Counted from the first letter of the stretch, positions 1 to 12,048 are shown. The stretch is 64,000 nt of DNA from an uncultured cyanobacterium (GCA_963807635.1 CAWEDJ010000105.1:1-64000); one strand, 5' to 3'. Translations and numbers: made by a program. The notes: generated from the sequence alone by a model not told the origin.

Positions 1-357
1 AATAGATACTTTTTCTAAGGATTCAATAATTTCTAAAGTTTGTTTTTGTTCTTCTTCATCACCTAATTCATGACAATCATGAAATAAAAACTCTCTAATT
101 TTTTCAAGTTGATTGCAGTTTTTTCGTGATTTAATTTGATTGATTACCCTGGCTAATTGATTTAAAGATTTTCTTTTACTTTCTTCTATTTTTTCAGATA
201 AATTATCACGATTTGACTCGGTATTATTATTGGTTATCAAAACTTCCTTTTTTTTAATTTCTAATAATATTTCCTGGATTTTCCGAAATTCGTCATAGGG
301 TAAAATAGCAAATTCTTGCCCATTTTTAGTTAAAAATTCTGGATGTAAATCAATCAT
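1..357 (-). CDS. Partial hypothetical protein with antitoxin-like N-terminus (runs off window start)
   Basis: Not in ORF track; ATG at 357 with upstream AGGAG; reads MIDLHPEFLTKNGQEFAILPYDEF..., open to position 1. Confidence 0.55.
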   Translation of the reverse strand, partial: MIDLHPEFLTKNGQEFAILPYDEFRKIQEILLEIKKKEVLITNNNTESNRDNLSEKIEESKRKSLNQLARVINQIKSRKNCNQLEKIREFLFHDCHELGDEEEQKQTLEIIESLEKVSI

Positions 358-538
358 TATTTTCTCCTTAATTTAATAACAAAGTCTGATGCCACATTAA
401 AACTCATCTAATTCTAATTTAACTTTTTCTGGAATCCCTCTCATATTTTCATTGTTAAGCCCGTTATTTAGAAGAACGATTCGACTTTTTCTATCATAAT
501 AGAAGATGGAAATGTAAAGAAATATTAAGCATCAAGCT

Positions 539-2059
539 ATGTCCTCTAAGATAACTCATTTTGGCAAAGGTCGTGTGATTGTAATTGGCGCAGGGATTGG
601 AGGTTTGACCGCAGGGGCGTTATTAGCGCGTCGGGGTTATGAAGTTACGATTTATGACCAAGCAATTCTCCCAGGCGGCTGTGCCTCAACCTTTAATCGT
701 CGGGGTTTTACCTTTGACGTGGGCGCGACCCAGGTAGCGGGTTTGGAAGTCGGAGGCATTCACCATCGCATTTTTCAGGAACTTGATCTTCCTCTACCCG
801 AAGCCACTTTTTGTGATCCTGCTTGCGCGGTTTTTTTGCCGGGAGAAACCCAACCGATTAATGTCTGGCGCGATCGCGAAAAATGGCAACAGGAAAGACA
901 ACGACAATTTCCCCGTAGTGAACCTTTTTGGCAGTTACTCGGTAAATTATTTCAAGCTAGTTGGCAGTTTCAAGCCAGAGATCCCGTTTTGCCAACCCGC
1001 AATGTTTGGGATTTACAGCAATTAGTGGGAGCCATGCGCCTTGATACCCTGATAACGGTTCCGTTTGCCTTGATGACGGTCACAGATGCCTTAAAACTCT
1101 ATGGTTTGGCGGGCGATCGCCGTTTAAAAACCTTTTTGGATTTGCAATTAAAATTATATTCTCAAGTCAACGCAGACGAAACGGCTCTACTTTATGCAGC
1201 AACGGCTCTATCGGTTTCCCAGTCTCCCCAGGGTTTATTCCATCTTCAGGGCAGTATGCAGGTTTTGAGCGATCGCCTGGTAGAAGGTTTAGAAAAATAT
1301 GGGGGTAAATTATTGATGGGTCATAGTGTGGAAAAAATTCATACTCAAGGAGGAAAAGCCACAGGAGTTATCGTCAAAAACAATAAATCAGGGAAATCTT
1401 GGTTAGAAAAAGCCGATCAGGTTATTTCTAATACAACGGTGCAAAATTTAGTGCAATTATGGGATGTTCCTACTGCTAATTTTCAACAAAGAATTGATAA
1501 ATTACCCGAATCGTCAGGGGCTTTTGTGGTTTATTTAGGAGTGGAAGAAACGGCTATTCCCCCTAATTGTCCCCCCCATCTCCAGTTTCTTTATGATGCG
1601 AATGGCCCCATTGGGGAAAATAATTCTCTCTTTGTGTCGGTGAGTAAAGCCGATGATGGTCGCGCTCCGACGGGAAAACGGACGATTATCGCCTCTTCTT
1701 TTGTAGATGTCAAACCTTGGTGGGAGGGGACTCTCGAAGATTACGAAAAACTAAAACAACTTTATACCCAAACCGCGATCGCCAGATTAGGGGAATATTT
1801 TAAATTAACTCCAGAAAATATTATTCATCAGGAAGTGGCAACCCCTCGAACCTTTGCTAAATTCACCGCCAGGGATCAGGGAATTGTCGGGGGAGTAGGT
1901 CAACGCCTTGGAACCTTTGGCCCCTTTGCGATCGCGACTCGAACCCCCATTAATAATCTCTGGTTAGTGGGAGATTCTACCCATCCAGGGGAAGGAACCG
2001 CAGGGGTGAGCTATTCGGCGTTAACCGTTGTGCGACAAATAGAGGAACAGGAAAAATGA
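539..2059 (+). CDS. crtD: C-3',4' carotenoid desaturase
   Basis: GAGIGG FAD motif, FDVGATQVAG, C-terminal GDSTHPGEGTAGVSYSA typical of cyanobacterial CrtD. Confidence 0.85.
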   Translation: MSSKITHFGKGRVIVIGAGIGGLTAGALLARRGYEVTIYDQAILPGGCASTFNRRGFTFDVGATQVAGLEVGGIHHRIFQELDLPLPEATFCDPACAVFLPGETQPINVWRDREKWQQERQRQFPRSEPFWQLLGKLFQASWQFQARDPVLPTRNVWDLQQLVGAMRLDTLITVPFALMTVTDALKLYGLAGDRRLKTFLDLQLKLYSQVNADETALLYAATALSVSQSPQGLFHLQGSMQVLSDRLVEGLEKYGGKLLMGHSVEKIHTQGGKATGVIVKNNKSGKSWLEKADQVISNTTVQNLVQLWDVPTANFQQRIDKLPESSGAFVVYLGVEETAIPPNCPPHLQFLYDANGPIGENNSLFVSVSKADDGRAPTGKRTIIASSFVDVKPWWEGTLEDYEKLKQLYTQTAIARLGEYFKLTPENIIHQEVATPRTFAKFTARDQGIVGGVGQRLGTFGPFAIATRTPINNLWLVGDSTHPGEGTAGVSYSALTVVRQIEEQEK

Positions 2060-2067
2060 GTTTGTGA

Positions 2068-3108
2068 TCACATTTTTTGATTAAACCAGTCCAATAAGCG
2101 ATTTAACGCCCACCAACAATCTTCATCTCCTGCTAATTCCTGACCTTTCCGACCACTGATATATCCCACATGGCCGCCATAGTCAGTTAGGGCCAAATCA
2201 ATGGAAGAATTCGAGGAAGCGATCGCGTCCAACTCAGGAACCAGGGTCGGGTCAAAAAGGGGATCATCCGCCGCATAGAGAATCAGGGTTGATTTTTCTA
2301 AATGGGGCAGGAAGGTCAAGGCATTGCTGGCCGTATAGTAATCCGAGACCGAGGCAAATCCTAAACGGGAAATGACTAATTCCTGATCAAAACCCCAAAT
2401 ACTATTAGCCCGCTCAATGGCTTCTGAATCAATCTCTTCAGGATGAAAACGATGGAGATTCCAGGCTAATTTTTTTAATTGCTTACTAATGGCTTTTTCC
2501 ATATATTTACCATAGGGATGGGCCGTCAAATAGGTCAGCGATCGCTCCGAATCCAAACTCGGACAAATTACTGCTCCGCCCACAATATCCGAATCTACCA
2601 ATCCCAGCTCAGAACTCAGTGTTTGAGCCGACTTAATGCCCCAGAGAGCCAATTGTCCCCCCAAAGAATAGCCCGTTAACCAAAAAGGAGAGGGACAGCC
2701 TATTTGTTTTGCCTGGGCCGCGATTCGGACAAAATCTTCCCCTTCATATAAACCATCTGAGGTCAAAGTGGGAGAAAGTTCCGCCGTTTTTCCGTGAGCG
2801 CGCCAATCAAATAAAACGACCGCATAACCCTGGGCAAAGGCTTTTCGTCCTAATAATCGCAAAAACCACTGATTATCCAAATCTCCCGTAATGCCATAGG
2901 TTCCCACTAGAGTTGCCTTCGGTTTTTCGGGTATGGCAATCCAACCAAAAATGGGAACATCATTGGCTCCCTGAAAAATATGGTCTTGATAGGGCGGTTC
3001 AGGGTGGAGGGTGCTGGCTTCCCAACGACGACTGGATCCCCAGACACCATAGAGGGTCATGGAAACCCCATTTTTGAGAAACCAGGGAGGAATAAAGGAG
3101 GGAAACAT
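2068..3108 (-). CDS. YheT-family alpha/beta hydrolase
   Basis: GYSLGG nucleophile elbow, DDP and GGHVGY motifs. Confidence 0.85.
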   Translation of the reverse strand: MFPSFIPPWFLKNGVSMTLYGVWGSSRRWEASTLHPEPPYQDHIFQGANDVPIFGWIAIPEKPKATLVGTYGITGDLDNQWFLRLLGRKAFAQGYAVVLFDWRAHGKTAELSPTLTSDGLYEGEDFVRIAAQAKQIGCPSPFWLTGYSLGGQLALWGIKSAQTLSSELGLVDSDIVGGAVICPSLDSERSLTYLTAHPYGKYMEKAISKQLKKLAWNLHRFHPEEIDSEAIERANSIWGFDQELVISRLGFASVSDYYTASNALTFLPHLEKSTLILYAADDPLFDPTLVPELDAIASSNSSIDLALTDYGGHVGYISGRKGQELAGDEDCWWALNRLLDWFNQKM

Positions 3109-3174
3109 GATTTTATGTTGGTAAGCGAATAAGAACCAATGAGTTTATCTCCGTCTACCATCAAATGACGATCC

Positions 3175-4005
3175 CTATTTTGTTTTGCCCTTAGATAAAT
3201 CTAATAAAATAGGCGGGATAAATTTTTTGATCATTTCTTTAACTTCATCTGATGCGGATTTTTTTTCGGTTAAATCTTCATCAGGACGAGCTTTAAATAC
3301 CGTTGAATGATCATAACCACTGACTTCTTCGGCGGGTCTTCCATTGCTATAATAATAGAGTGCCAAGGATTTGCGGGTTCGATCTTCAGGACAGGTGAGG
3401 GGATCGGGATGACCATGATAGGAAAAGTCAGTGGTACTAAAAATAACACAGCGATTAAAAATGGGTAAGATTTTTTGATGGCATTCTTTCATTTCACTAT
3501 CCCATAATTGCAGATGTCCCCCGTATTCTTCTTCCCAATTCTTATTGAGATAAATCAGCAGATTTAAACGCCTGTCTAACTTGAGACGTGTATGTTTATT
3601 AAAATCAACGTGGAGTTTTAAATAACCACCTCTTTCAATTTGATGTAATCCTCCCCCAACGAAATGAGGATCGGGAATGATGCCATCTATCCCTGTCAAT
3701 TTTTCCAAAAAATCAATAAAAGTTGAAGAATTAAGCTGATAAAGTAGAAATCTGATCGTTTCTCCCATCTGTAACTCAGAGGTGGAAGCCAATTTTTTTT
3801 CTGATTTATTCTTAAAACTCTGCCAGTTGATCGAGTCAGGCTGTGGAAACTCTTCTAGGATTTTATCTAAAATTTCTGTCGAAAGAAAATTATCAATAAT
3901 AATATGGGGAAAGGGTTCTGCGTTCAGATAATCTTGATGATATTTAGTGGCAAGATTCTCTAGGTACTCAGGATCAAGAGAATATTTGATTTCTGATTGT
4001 AACAT
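3175..4005 (-). CDS. 2OG-Fe(II) oxygenase
   Basis: HVD...H...RKS facial triad and 2OG motif; N-terminal PFPH. Confidence 0.85.
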   Translation of the reverse strand: MLQSEIKYSLDPEYLENLATKYHQDYLNAEPFPHIIIDNFLSTEILDKILEEFPQPDSINWQSFKNKSEKKLASTSELQMGETIRFLLYQLNSSTFIDFLEKLTGIDGIIPDPHFVGGGLHQIERGGYLKLHVDFNKHTRLKLDRRLNLLIYLNKNWEEEYGGHLQLWDSEMKECHQKILPIFNRCVIFSTTDFSYHGHPDPLTCPEDRTRKSLALYYYSNGRPAEEVSGYDHSTVFKARPDEDLTEKKSASDEVKEMIKKFIPPILLDLSKGKTK

Positions 4006-4393
4006 TTTGGTTTCTCACTTAATAAATAAACATTAGTAATCAAAGTAATCATTTTTACGTCTCACCAACGAGTAACCAATAAAAAGGAAAATTTTCCCAA
4101 AATTTACGAGTAAAGTCCCGCTAAGAGATTTTTTGACTAAAAAGCATCGTTAAACTGACTACTAGAGATGATACCACAAGAATAATTGATCGCCACGCTG
4201 TATGATTTTGAGATTGAGAAGCTTAATTACTCCAAATATTAACTTAACAGGAAAAAAGAACTTCAAGGTAAGGATTACTTAATCACGAAAGAAAAGGTCA
4301 GCAAATTTAGATTTTCGTTACTCATGAGGGTGACTAATTCTTCAAGCTATAGGGAAAAAGCTTAATTTAAGAGGCTTTAATTCCAGCATTGTC

Positions 4394-5116
4394 CTACCAT
4401 TTGACCAAAATACTAGGTTCTTTTTGGATTGGTAAAATATCTAATGAATCTAATGTGGCGCAATATTTTAAATCTTCATCGCCATTTAATCGCAATAATC
4501 GTTGACCATGACTGGCTTTTTCAAATAGTCCTAATAAATTATTTTGCCATTGCTGATAAAGCGCGATCGCGGCAAACACTTCATCATTTCCAACGGTGAC
4601 ATTTTCTGTTTGCACCAGTAAATCAGCGATCGCACCTGCACAGACCGTATCTTCGAGGGAGTAACCGCCTTCCCAACCTGAACCCAACAACCAAACCGTT
4701 TCAGGCTGTTTTTCTAAGAGGTAATTAACAGCAGATTGCCGATTGATCATCGCGGCAGTAATCACTGAATTCGCCAATTCAACCCGTTGTAAAGCCCTAG
4801 TCCCGTTCGTCGTTGTCAGAAAAAGTCGTTTATCGGCCATCAATTCTGCCGTGCAGTCCAGGGGAGAATTGCCTAAATCACAACCTTCGACCTTCGCTCC
4901 GCCCCTTTCTCCAGCTAATAAACGTTTTTCGCTCGGCCATTGTTTACTCACCTCCATTAATTCTTCTAGAGAGCTAAACGTCTGGACGGCCTCTGCGCCA
5001 ACTTTTAGAGCCGTTGCGATCGTACTCGTGGCACGAAGAACATCAATCACCACCGCACAGTCAGGAAGGGTATCAGGTGGGGTTAGCTCAGGAGTATGGT
5101 AAATAAAAAGTTTCAC
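4394..5116 (-). CDS. comB: 2-phosphosulfolactate phosphatase family protein
   Basis: [24 protein letters not shown] motifs. Confidence 0.9.
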   Translation of the reverse strand: MKLFIYHTPELTPPDTLPDCAVVIDVLRATSTIATALKVGAEAVQTFSSLEELMEVSKQWPSEKRLLAGERGGAKVEGCDLGNSPLDCTAELMADKRLFLTTTNGTRALQRVELANSVITAAMINRQSAVNYLLEKQPETVWLLGSGWEGGYSLEDTVCAGAIADLLVQTENVTVGNDEVFAAIALYQQWQNNLLGLFEKASHGQRLLRLNGDEDLKYCATLDSLDILPIQKEPSILVKW

Positions 5117-5552
5117 TATAGTTAAGATAATGGGGACAAACTAAAAAACGGGAATTGACTTTCTATCTTATCGGGCAATGGGATGTTAGCACACAATAAA
5201 ATCTAGACTTTATAAATCAGAAAGACAGTTATTTTTCGGCTAACATTATTTTTCTCGTTTGGGTTGCCATGATTCTGTGCCTGGGCTAGATTGATTGCGA
5301 TCGCGTGAATTTATTCAACTCCTAGCGATTGAGGATTAATATTAACCGTAAGAATCCGACTTAAATTAACCATACAGAGAAATGAGCCATAACCGTAATA
5401 CAATAAACAGACCATTTTATGAAATTATTAATCGAGAGAAAATTCTGGCTGTTTTTTTGGCCAGTACCAGGAACTTCCTAGTCCCCCTTGGGGATCTCTC
5501 TGTCAGTGAAGTATCTGTTATTACATAGGTTTTGGTGTGAGGAGTTGATTGA

Positions 5553-6366
5553 ATGAATTTACGTCATAATGCCCTAGAGGTTCTCAAAGAGACCAGTCGG
5601 ACATTTTATATTCCCATTAGTATGCTTCCATCGGGATTACTCGAAGCGGTCGCATCGGCCTATTTGTGTATGCGGGCCATTGACGAGGTAGAAGATCATC
5701 CTGAACTGGATAATTCCACCAAGGCAAAGATTCTTCATCGAATCAGTCTCAATTTACAAGCCGCAACAGAAAATTCTACTGTAGAAGATTTTTCAACAGA
5801 TCTCTCCCAATATCAAGAAATTTTGCCCGATGTAACTCTTAGGGTTGGAGAATGGGCGATGCTTGCCCCTGAATCTATTGGCCCTAGAATTTGGGATGCA
5901 ACGGCAGCAATGGCCGATCGCATGCGCCTACTGGTCAGAAACTAATTGGAAGATTGAAACCGAATCTGATTTAGACCAATACACCTTCAGTGTGGCAGGA
6001 GCCGTCGGTTTATTGCTTTCGGATTTATGGGCTTGGCATGATGGCACTCAAACGAATCGGAGTCACGCGATCGGCTTTGGTCGGGGACTGCAATCTGTGA
6101 ATATTATTCGTAATCATCGGGAAGATTTACGGCGTGGTGTGAGTTTTATCCCCAAAGGATGGCGCATGGAAGATATGCACGTCTATGCTCGTCGTAACTT
6201 AAAATTAGCAGATCAATACACTAAATCTCTCTCGGCGGGGCCAGCCTTAAATTTTTGTAAAATTCCCCTGACCCTTGCCTATGGAACCTTAGATATCATG
6301 GCTCTGGGTAAGGAAAAACTGACCCGTAGTGATGTTTTAGCATTGGTCAATCAAGCGACTCGTTAA
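5553..6366 (+). CDS. Squalene/phytoene synthase family protein (likely squalene synthase); one frameshift near 5925-5935
   Basis: TSRTF, DEVED and VAGAVG...GLQSVNIIRN motifs split over two overlapping ORFs. Confidence 0.8.
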
Positions 6367-6508
6367 GTTATGTGGGTAAAAGCTGAGACTCCCACAAGTA
6401 TTTTTTCAGCAGTCCAGACTAGTTGAGAACTAATGTCTATAATATAACGATGACGATCAGCCCGAAACTGAAAATATCGTTAAAAAAGTCATTACTTCTG
6501 ATTCCTTT

Positions 6509-7510
6509 ATGTCTACCGAAAAGAAAATCTCAAAATTTCCCAATCGTCGTCAGTTTATTTATGGGGGACTGGGAGCAGGATTAGGCATTGGGGGGAGTAT
6601 TTTGGCATGGCAACAACTTGGGCGATCGCGGCTTTCCGACTCGACAGTTCCTTTAAAGGGAGAAACTAATTTACCGAAACCCCAGGGTGATCCCTCAAAT
6701 CCCCTTGTTTTTCTGCGAAATTTTGACTACGGAACCATCAAACAGGAAAATGGAAGGACTATCCGTGAGTTTCGAGTGGAAGCACGCACTTCAACGCTTC
6801 AACTCAATAATGCGGTTTCCCTGATTACTTGGAACCTCAATGGACAAGTTCCCGCCCCGACTCTCCGCGCAACCGAGGGCGATCGCATTCGCGTGATTTT
6901 TTTTAATAAAGCGGGCCATCCCCATTCCCTCCATTTTCATGGGATACACCCTGCGGACATGGATGGGGTTAAGCCTGTGCGCAATAATCAGGTTTTTATC
7001 TACGAATTTGACGCAGAACCCTACGGCGTGCATCCCTACCATTGCCATATTGCCCCCGTTACTCGCCATATCAGTAAGGGATTGTACGGAATGATGATTA
7101 TTGATCCGCCCGAACCCCGTCCCCAAGCGGATGAAATGGTCATGATTATGGGCGGCTATGACGTAAATGAAGACCACAAGAATGAGCTTTTCGCCTTTAA
7201 TGGTAAGCCTAATTACTATATGCAACATCCGATTGATATCAAACAAAATCAACTTATTCGTCTTTATTTGTTGAATATGATTGAATATGACCCTGTAGCA
7301 ACTTTTCATATTCACGCCAATTTTTTTCAGGTTTATCCCACAGGGATGACGACAACGCCGACCCAAGCCTCCGATGTGATCACGATGGGAACGGCAGAAA
7401 GACACATTCTCGAATTTAGTTACCGTTATCCAGGCGAGTATATGTTTCATCCCCACCAAGACGCGATCGCGGAATCAGGCTGTATGGGGATGTTTAATGT
7501 GATTTCTTGA
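6509..7510 (+). CDS. Tat-exported two-domain multicopper oxidase
   Basis: RRQF Tat signal; HSLHFHG, HPYHCH, FHIH, FHPH copper motifs. Confidence 0.85.
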   Translation: MSTEKKISKFPNRRQFIYGGLGAGLGIGGSILAWQQLGRSRLSDSTVPLKGETNLPKPQGDPSNPLVFLRNFDYGTIKQENGRTIREFRVEARTSTLQLNNAVSLITWNLNGQVPAPTLRATEGDRIRVIFFNKAGHPHSLHFHGIHPADMDGVKPVRNNQVFIYEFDAEPYGVHPYHCHIAPVTRHISKGLYGMMIIDPPEPRPQADEMVMIMGGYDVNEDHKNELFAFNGKPNYYMQHPIDIKQNQLIRLYLLNMIEYDPVATFHIHANFFQVYPTGMTTTPTQASDVITMGTAERHILEFSYRYPGEYMFHPHQDAIAESGCMGMFNVIS

Positions 7511-7572
7511 TCAATTTAAAGGGTGAATGCAATTCTTTAATTTAAAGGGCGAATTATCAATTTAAAGGTCAA

Positions 7573-7595
7573 GGGCGAACGCCATTCGCCCCTAC
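7573..7595 (-). repeat. GTAG-type REP-like palindrome
   Basis: Minus strand GTAGGGGCGAATGGCGTTCGCCC; preceded by three AATTTAAAGG units at 7513, 7539, 7559. Confidence 0.6.
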
Positions 7596-7618
7596 AGGAT
7601 TTTTTATGTTGAAATCTT

Positions 7619-7678
7619 AATGTGATCTTTTCTCAATAACCCCCTGATGTGATAATCTTATTAGTAATCTTTTGCAAT
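7619..7678. promoter_or_regulatory. Two putative Fur boxes
   Basis: 19-bp imperfect palindromes at 7619-7637 and 7660-7678 resembling ATTGAGAATnATTCTCAAT, upstream of iron-uptake genes. Confidence 0.45.
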
Positions 7679-7737
7679 AATAATCTAACGACCTGCGAGA
7701 AATTCTGCGGTAAAGTATCTAGATTTCAATAAAAGTA

Positions 7738-8743
7738 ATGAAAAAATATCGATATTTATATTTTCTGGCTATTTTGGTGAATATTTTTGTTCTCAGTGCG
7801 TGTAATGAGAATAAGTCTCCTGCTCCTTCTGCGATCGCGCCGAGTCCGACCGCTTCAGATCATGGGGGAATGTCTCACAGCATGGAGACTAAAATTAATA
7901 TAAATAATGCGATTTTGTCCCAATTAGATAAATTAGAAGCAAAATTGGGGATTCCTGCTCTATCGAATAAAATTCAGGCAAGTCGGCCCTACGGTTCTAT
8001 TGAAGAACTGGTTTCTAAAAATATATTGACCCAAGAACAGTTGGATCAAATCAAAGAGACGATTACGGTCGAGGATATTGTTTTAGAAGGAGAAGCCAAA
8101 GATATTGATTACATGATTAAATTGGGTCTGATGAAGGGACATCTGTTGGTTGCCCAGGAACTGTTAGCCCAAAATAAGCCAGAGCAAGCCGAACCCCATA
8201 TTGGCCATCCCATTGAAGAAATTTATGCTGATGTGGAAGATCAATTGAATGAGCGCAAGGTGAGTGAGTTTAAAACGAATTTAATTTCTCTACAAAATTT
8301 AGTGAAAGCGGGCGGAAAAGATAAGGCAAAGGTCGATACGGCTTTTAAAACTTCGATGCAGGCCATTGATAATGCGATCGCGGTCTTGCCCTGAAAAAGA
8401 ACGTCAATCTCCAGGATTTATCTTGCCCGTCATCAATGGACTTTTGGATACAGCGAACTCGGAATATGGAGCCTCGGTATCAAAGGGAAAAATTGCGGCT
8501 CCGATTGAATATCAAGATTCACGGGGTTTTGTGATTTATGCCGATCAACTTTATCAGAGCATTGCGCCGCAAATTAAAAAAGCCAATAGCACGGGTGACA
8601 AATCGATTCAAGCCAATTTTATTATTTTGAAAAAGGTTTGGCCCTTTGCCGTGCCTCCTTCTGCTCCTGTCAAAACGCCCCAACAGGTGACGGAACTGAT
8701 TAAAGCGATCGAAACAACCAGTAAACCCTTAGCGGAGAAATAA
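7738..8743 (+). CDS. Lipoprotein with helix-hairpin-helix-like region, putative iron-uptake component; frameshift near 8390
   Basis: LSAC lipobox, ININNA start of HhH-like region, HIGHPIEEIY and EYQDSRGF motifs; extra C in CCCTGAA joins two ORFs. Confidence 0.7.
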
Positions 8744-8744
8744 C

Positions 8745-9738
8745 ATGGATTATAGTGTCGTTTTACCCACTTTCATTATTACCCTACGGGAAGGGGTCGA
8801 AAGCGGCCCTGGTGGTGGGGATTGTGGTCGCCTATCTGAAAAAAGCAGGTCAGAGGCATTTAACCAAGTGGGTGTATGGCGGAATTACGGCGGGAATTAT
8901 TGCGAGTGCGATGATTGGGATGTTTTTTAGTTGGTTGATTCAGGATTTATCGACCGCGAATCAAAAATATGCTCCTGTGATCGAACCCTTGTTAGAAGCA
9001 AGCTTTAGTTTGATGGCAGTGGCGATGCTGAGTTGGATGTTGCTCTGGATGACTCGCCAGGCTAGGCAAATGCGAGAACAGGTAGAAGGAAATTTAAAAA
9101 AGTTATTAAAACAAGATTTTGGGGGCGGTTGGGCGATTTTTACCCTAATTTTTCTAGCGGTAGTACGAGAAGGTTTTGAAACTGTTCTGTTTATTGCGGC
9201 TAAATTTCAACAGGGATTTATTCCAGCTTTGGGCGCGATCGCGGGAATCGGAGTGGCATCGGGTATTGGTATTTTGTTATTCAAATGGGGCGTTAAGTTA
9301 AATATTCGGCTATTTTTCAAAGTGATGGGCTTTTTGTTACTGCTCATTATTGGCGGATTAGTGGTTAAAGCATTAGGAAACTTGGACACCGCCGTTCACG
9401 CCTTAGCTCAAATGGATCGCCAATCCGAATCTCTTTGTTTTTACTATGAAGCCTTTGCCAAACCCTTAGACCGAGATTGTATCCTCGGCCCTTTGGTCTG
9501 GAATTTTAGCAAAGTATTACCTGATGACCGCTTTCCAGGAATTGTGTTTAGCTCTCTGTTAGGTTATACCCAAAGACTTTATGTGGTTCAAGCCATTAGC
9601 TACGGAGTCTTTTTAATCACAGTGGGCGGTATCTTTTTCCAAAGTTTATCGGGGCGGGTGATTTTTTCTTTGCAACCCCTGAAAAATCTCAGAAAATTAT
9701 GGGCCGGTGCGAAACTAATTGAAAACTTAAAAGCCTAA
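8745..9738 (+). CDS. FTR1-family iron permease; frameshift near 8800
   Basis: Two RExxE motifs (REGVE, REGFE) and multiple TM helices. Confidence 0.88.
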
Positions 9739-10629
9739 TTTTTTCAAAAGGGGACGAGTCGAAACCACATGGCGGTCTAAGCCTAATTTTTCGGGTTCTA
9801 CGCCAAGAGCTAGGGCTACCAATTGAGGTAAATGTAAAACAGGTAGAGCGAGGGGTTTCTCTAACATTTTGGCAATTTCGGGCTGTCGAGAGTCCAATTG
9901 CAGATGACAAAGGGGGCAAGGCGTGACTAAACAATCGGCTCCTGCGGCGATCGCATCTTGGAGATGGCCACCTGCTAAACGAAAAGATTCGGTCGTCGCA
10001 TAACTAGAAACAGGCCAACCGCAACACTGAGTCCGTCCACCGTAATAAATCGGATTTGCTCCCACTGCTCGAAAAACATTTTCCATTGATTCGGGTGCTA
10101 GGGGATCATCAAAGGGAATGGATTTTTGCGCTCTTAATAAATAACAACCATAAAACGCCGCACAATTTAACCCAGAAAGCGATCGCATAACCCGTTTTTG
10201 CAATTCTTCTAAACCATAATCTCCGACCAAAGCCCAGAGAATATGTTTAACTTCTGTTGAACCTTGATAGGGAGAGCAATTTTCTTTTTGTAAATAGCCG
10301 TTGACTTTCTCCAAATACTCAGGATCATTGATTTTTGCATCCTTGAGGCGTTCATCCACATGGCCAATGACTCCCTGACAGGTACTACAGTGGGTCAAAA
10401 GCGGCAAATTTAAGGATTCTGCTAAGGCAATATTGCGGGCATTCACCGTATCTTCCAATAACTGCGAATCTTCCTTAAAGGTTCCCGATCCACAACAGGA
10501 GGCTTTTTTGAGTTCAATCAGTTCAATGCCGAGGGCTTGGGTCAGAGCGGCGGTAGATTGGGATAATTCGCGGCAGGCTCCCTGGGCAACACAGCCAGGA
10601 AAATAAGCATACTTAAGATTTTTGGTCAT
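9727..10629 (-). CDS. CCG-domain HdrB-like protein (candidate succinate dehydrogenase anchor subunit)
   Basis: YFPGC, CCG, CSTC, YGC, CCG, CPLC motifs. Confidence 0.85.
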   Translation of the reverse strand: MTKNLKYAYFPGCVAQGACRELSQSTAALTQALGIELIELKKASCCGSGTFKEDSQLLEDTVNARNIALAESLNLPLLTHCSTCQGVIGHVDERLKDAKINDPEYLEKVNGYLQKENCSPYQGSTEVKHILWALVGDYGLEELQKRVMRSLSGLNCAAFYGCYLLRAQKSIPFDDPLAPESMENVFRAVGANPIYYGGRTQCCGWPVSSYATTESFRLAGGHLQDAIAAGADCLVTPCPLCHLQLDSRQPEIAKMLEKPLALPVLHLPQLVALALGVEPEKLGLDRHVVSTRPLLKKLGF

Positions 10630-10743
10630 GGAAAAAGAGGGAAAGAGGACTTTTTCAAGCCTGACATAAGAATCGATTAAATTCTCAAAATGTTTAATTT
10701 TTTTCAGCTTTACTTCTCATATTTAAACAATCAACTAACGGGG

Positions 10744-11031
10744 TTAGGGTTTCCCTGATTGATTTTGGGAAAGCTGAATTAACATCTTTTCTACCTGCTG
10801 AATTGAAGCACGGGGAGAAACACGAGGTAAAGGTTGTTCCTTATCTGCCAAACACTGACAAAGGACAGGAATTTCATACTGATAGAGATTAAACCAATCC
10901 TCACGAGTGGTGATATCTCGTACTTCAATTTCCAGAGCTAACGACTGCACCTGTTGCAACTTTTCATAAAGCCCCTCGCACAAATGGCAGCCTGGCTTAC
11001 TGTAAAAAATTAACTGCATTTTTTTGATCAA
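10744..11031 (-). CDS. Glutaredoxin-like protein (DUF836)
   Basis: YSKPGCHLCE and YEIPVL motifs. Confidence 0.85.
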   Translation of the reverse strand: MIKKMQLIFYSKPGCHLCEGLYEKLQQVQSLALEIEVRDITTREDWFNLYQYEIPVLCQCLADKEQPLPRVSPRASIQQVEKMLIQLSQNQSGKP

Positions 11032-11066
11032 TAGTATGAGTGGTCGTCGTAAAAAGTCATGAAATT

Positions 11067-11456
11067 CTATTCAGGAAAACGAATAATATCGTCATCCCCT
11101 AAATATTCTCCATTTTGAACCTCGATCATGACCAGATCAATCACTCCAGGATTTTCAACACGATGGGGTGTATTCATCGGCACATAGGTAGATTCTTTTT
11201 GCTTTAGTAATTTTTCTACCCCATTACAAATAACCCTGGCTGTCCCTGACACCACAACCCAATGTTCACTGCGGTGATAGTGCATTTGGGTACTCATGTG
11301 CTGACCAGGTTTGACCACAATCCGATTAATGCGGTGGCGTACCCCTTCTTCTAACATCGTGACCATTCCCCAAGGCGGAGTCCGAGTTTGGTGAGGATCG
11401 GTCTCTAAAAATTGTTCAGAATTGTTAGAAAGTTCGAGACGGGCTGAATCGTTCAT
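11067..11456 (-). CDS. Mannose-6-phosphate isomerase type II C-terminal cupin
   Basis: PWG, QMHYHRSEHWVVVSG, EVQNGEYLGDDDIIR. Confidence 0.88.
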   Translation of the reverse strand: MNDSARLELSNNSEQFLETDPHQTRTPPWGMVTMLEEGVRHRINRIVVKPGQHMSTQMHYHRSEHWVVVSGTARVICNGVEKLLKQKESTYVPMNTPHRVENPGVIDLVMIEVQNGEYLGDDDIIRFPE

Positions 11457-11485
11457 GGCTATTTCTCCAAATAATGCTAATCATT

Positions 11486-11872
11486 CTATAACTTCTCTGC
11501 TTGATAGGTATAAAAATTTTGCATTACCCCGATAGTCTGAAAACCGTAACTGGGAATTGGTGCAGGTAGAGCTAGTTCCGTTTCATAAATACTAAAAATC
11601 AAAAAATTGTGTTGAGTCGTTGTCGCAGAAATAATAGTTTTAATTTGCGGTTGTCCACTATCCACTAGGGTTTTGCAGTAGCTTTGGACAAAACTCCCAA
11701 AATCAGTAGAAGCTTGGGTACAGACTCGATCCTTAAGATAAAAGGACAAGGCATCCGTCGCATACACTTCGTAGTCGTGTTTACTGGGATTGGTAATTAT
11801 CATTAAAATCCCGCTACTGGCCACTATCAAGCCGCTTAGCGTCATTACAAACCGTAGGGCCTTGTCCATCAC
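11486..11872 (-). CDS. DUF4359-like cyanobacterial protein
   Basis: N-terminal TM then TNPS..Y..YA, two Cys, NFLIFSIYET. Confidence 0.7.
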   Translation of the reverse strand: MMDKALRFVMTLSGLIVASSGILMIITNPSKHDYEVYATDALSFYLKDRVCTQASTDFGSFVQSYCKTLVDSGQPQIKTIISATTTQHNFLIFSIYETELALPAPIPSYGFQTIGVMQNFYTYQAEKL

Positions 11873-12048
11873 ACCTCATCAACCAACCCGTTTAGATAAA
11901 TGATAATGAATATGCTTAAGATTAATTTAAAATTGACCAGAATAACCGACTAAACCCACGAACAGCTTCCGAAGCAAATATTTTAAAAAATTTAACCGAC
12001 ACCGTTGAACTCATAACATTAGTTATGTTATAGTAAATTCTAGTCAAT

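Noticed and set aside
6791..7459. 222-aa antisense ORF and similar shadows within acnB, comB, CDF and malic enzyme genes
   Set aside because: Fully overlap well-supported genes and have no recognisable motifs.
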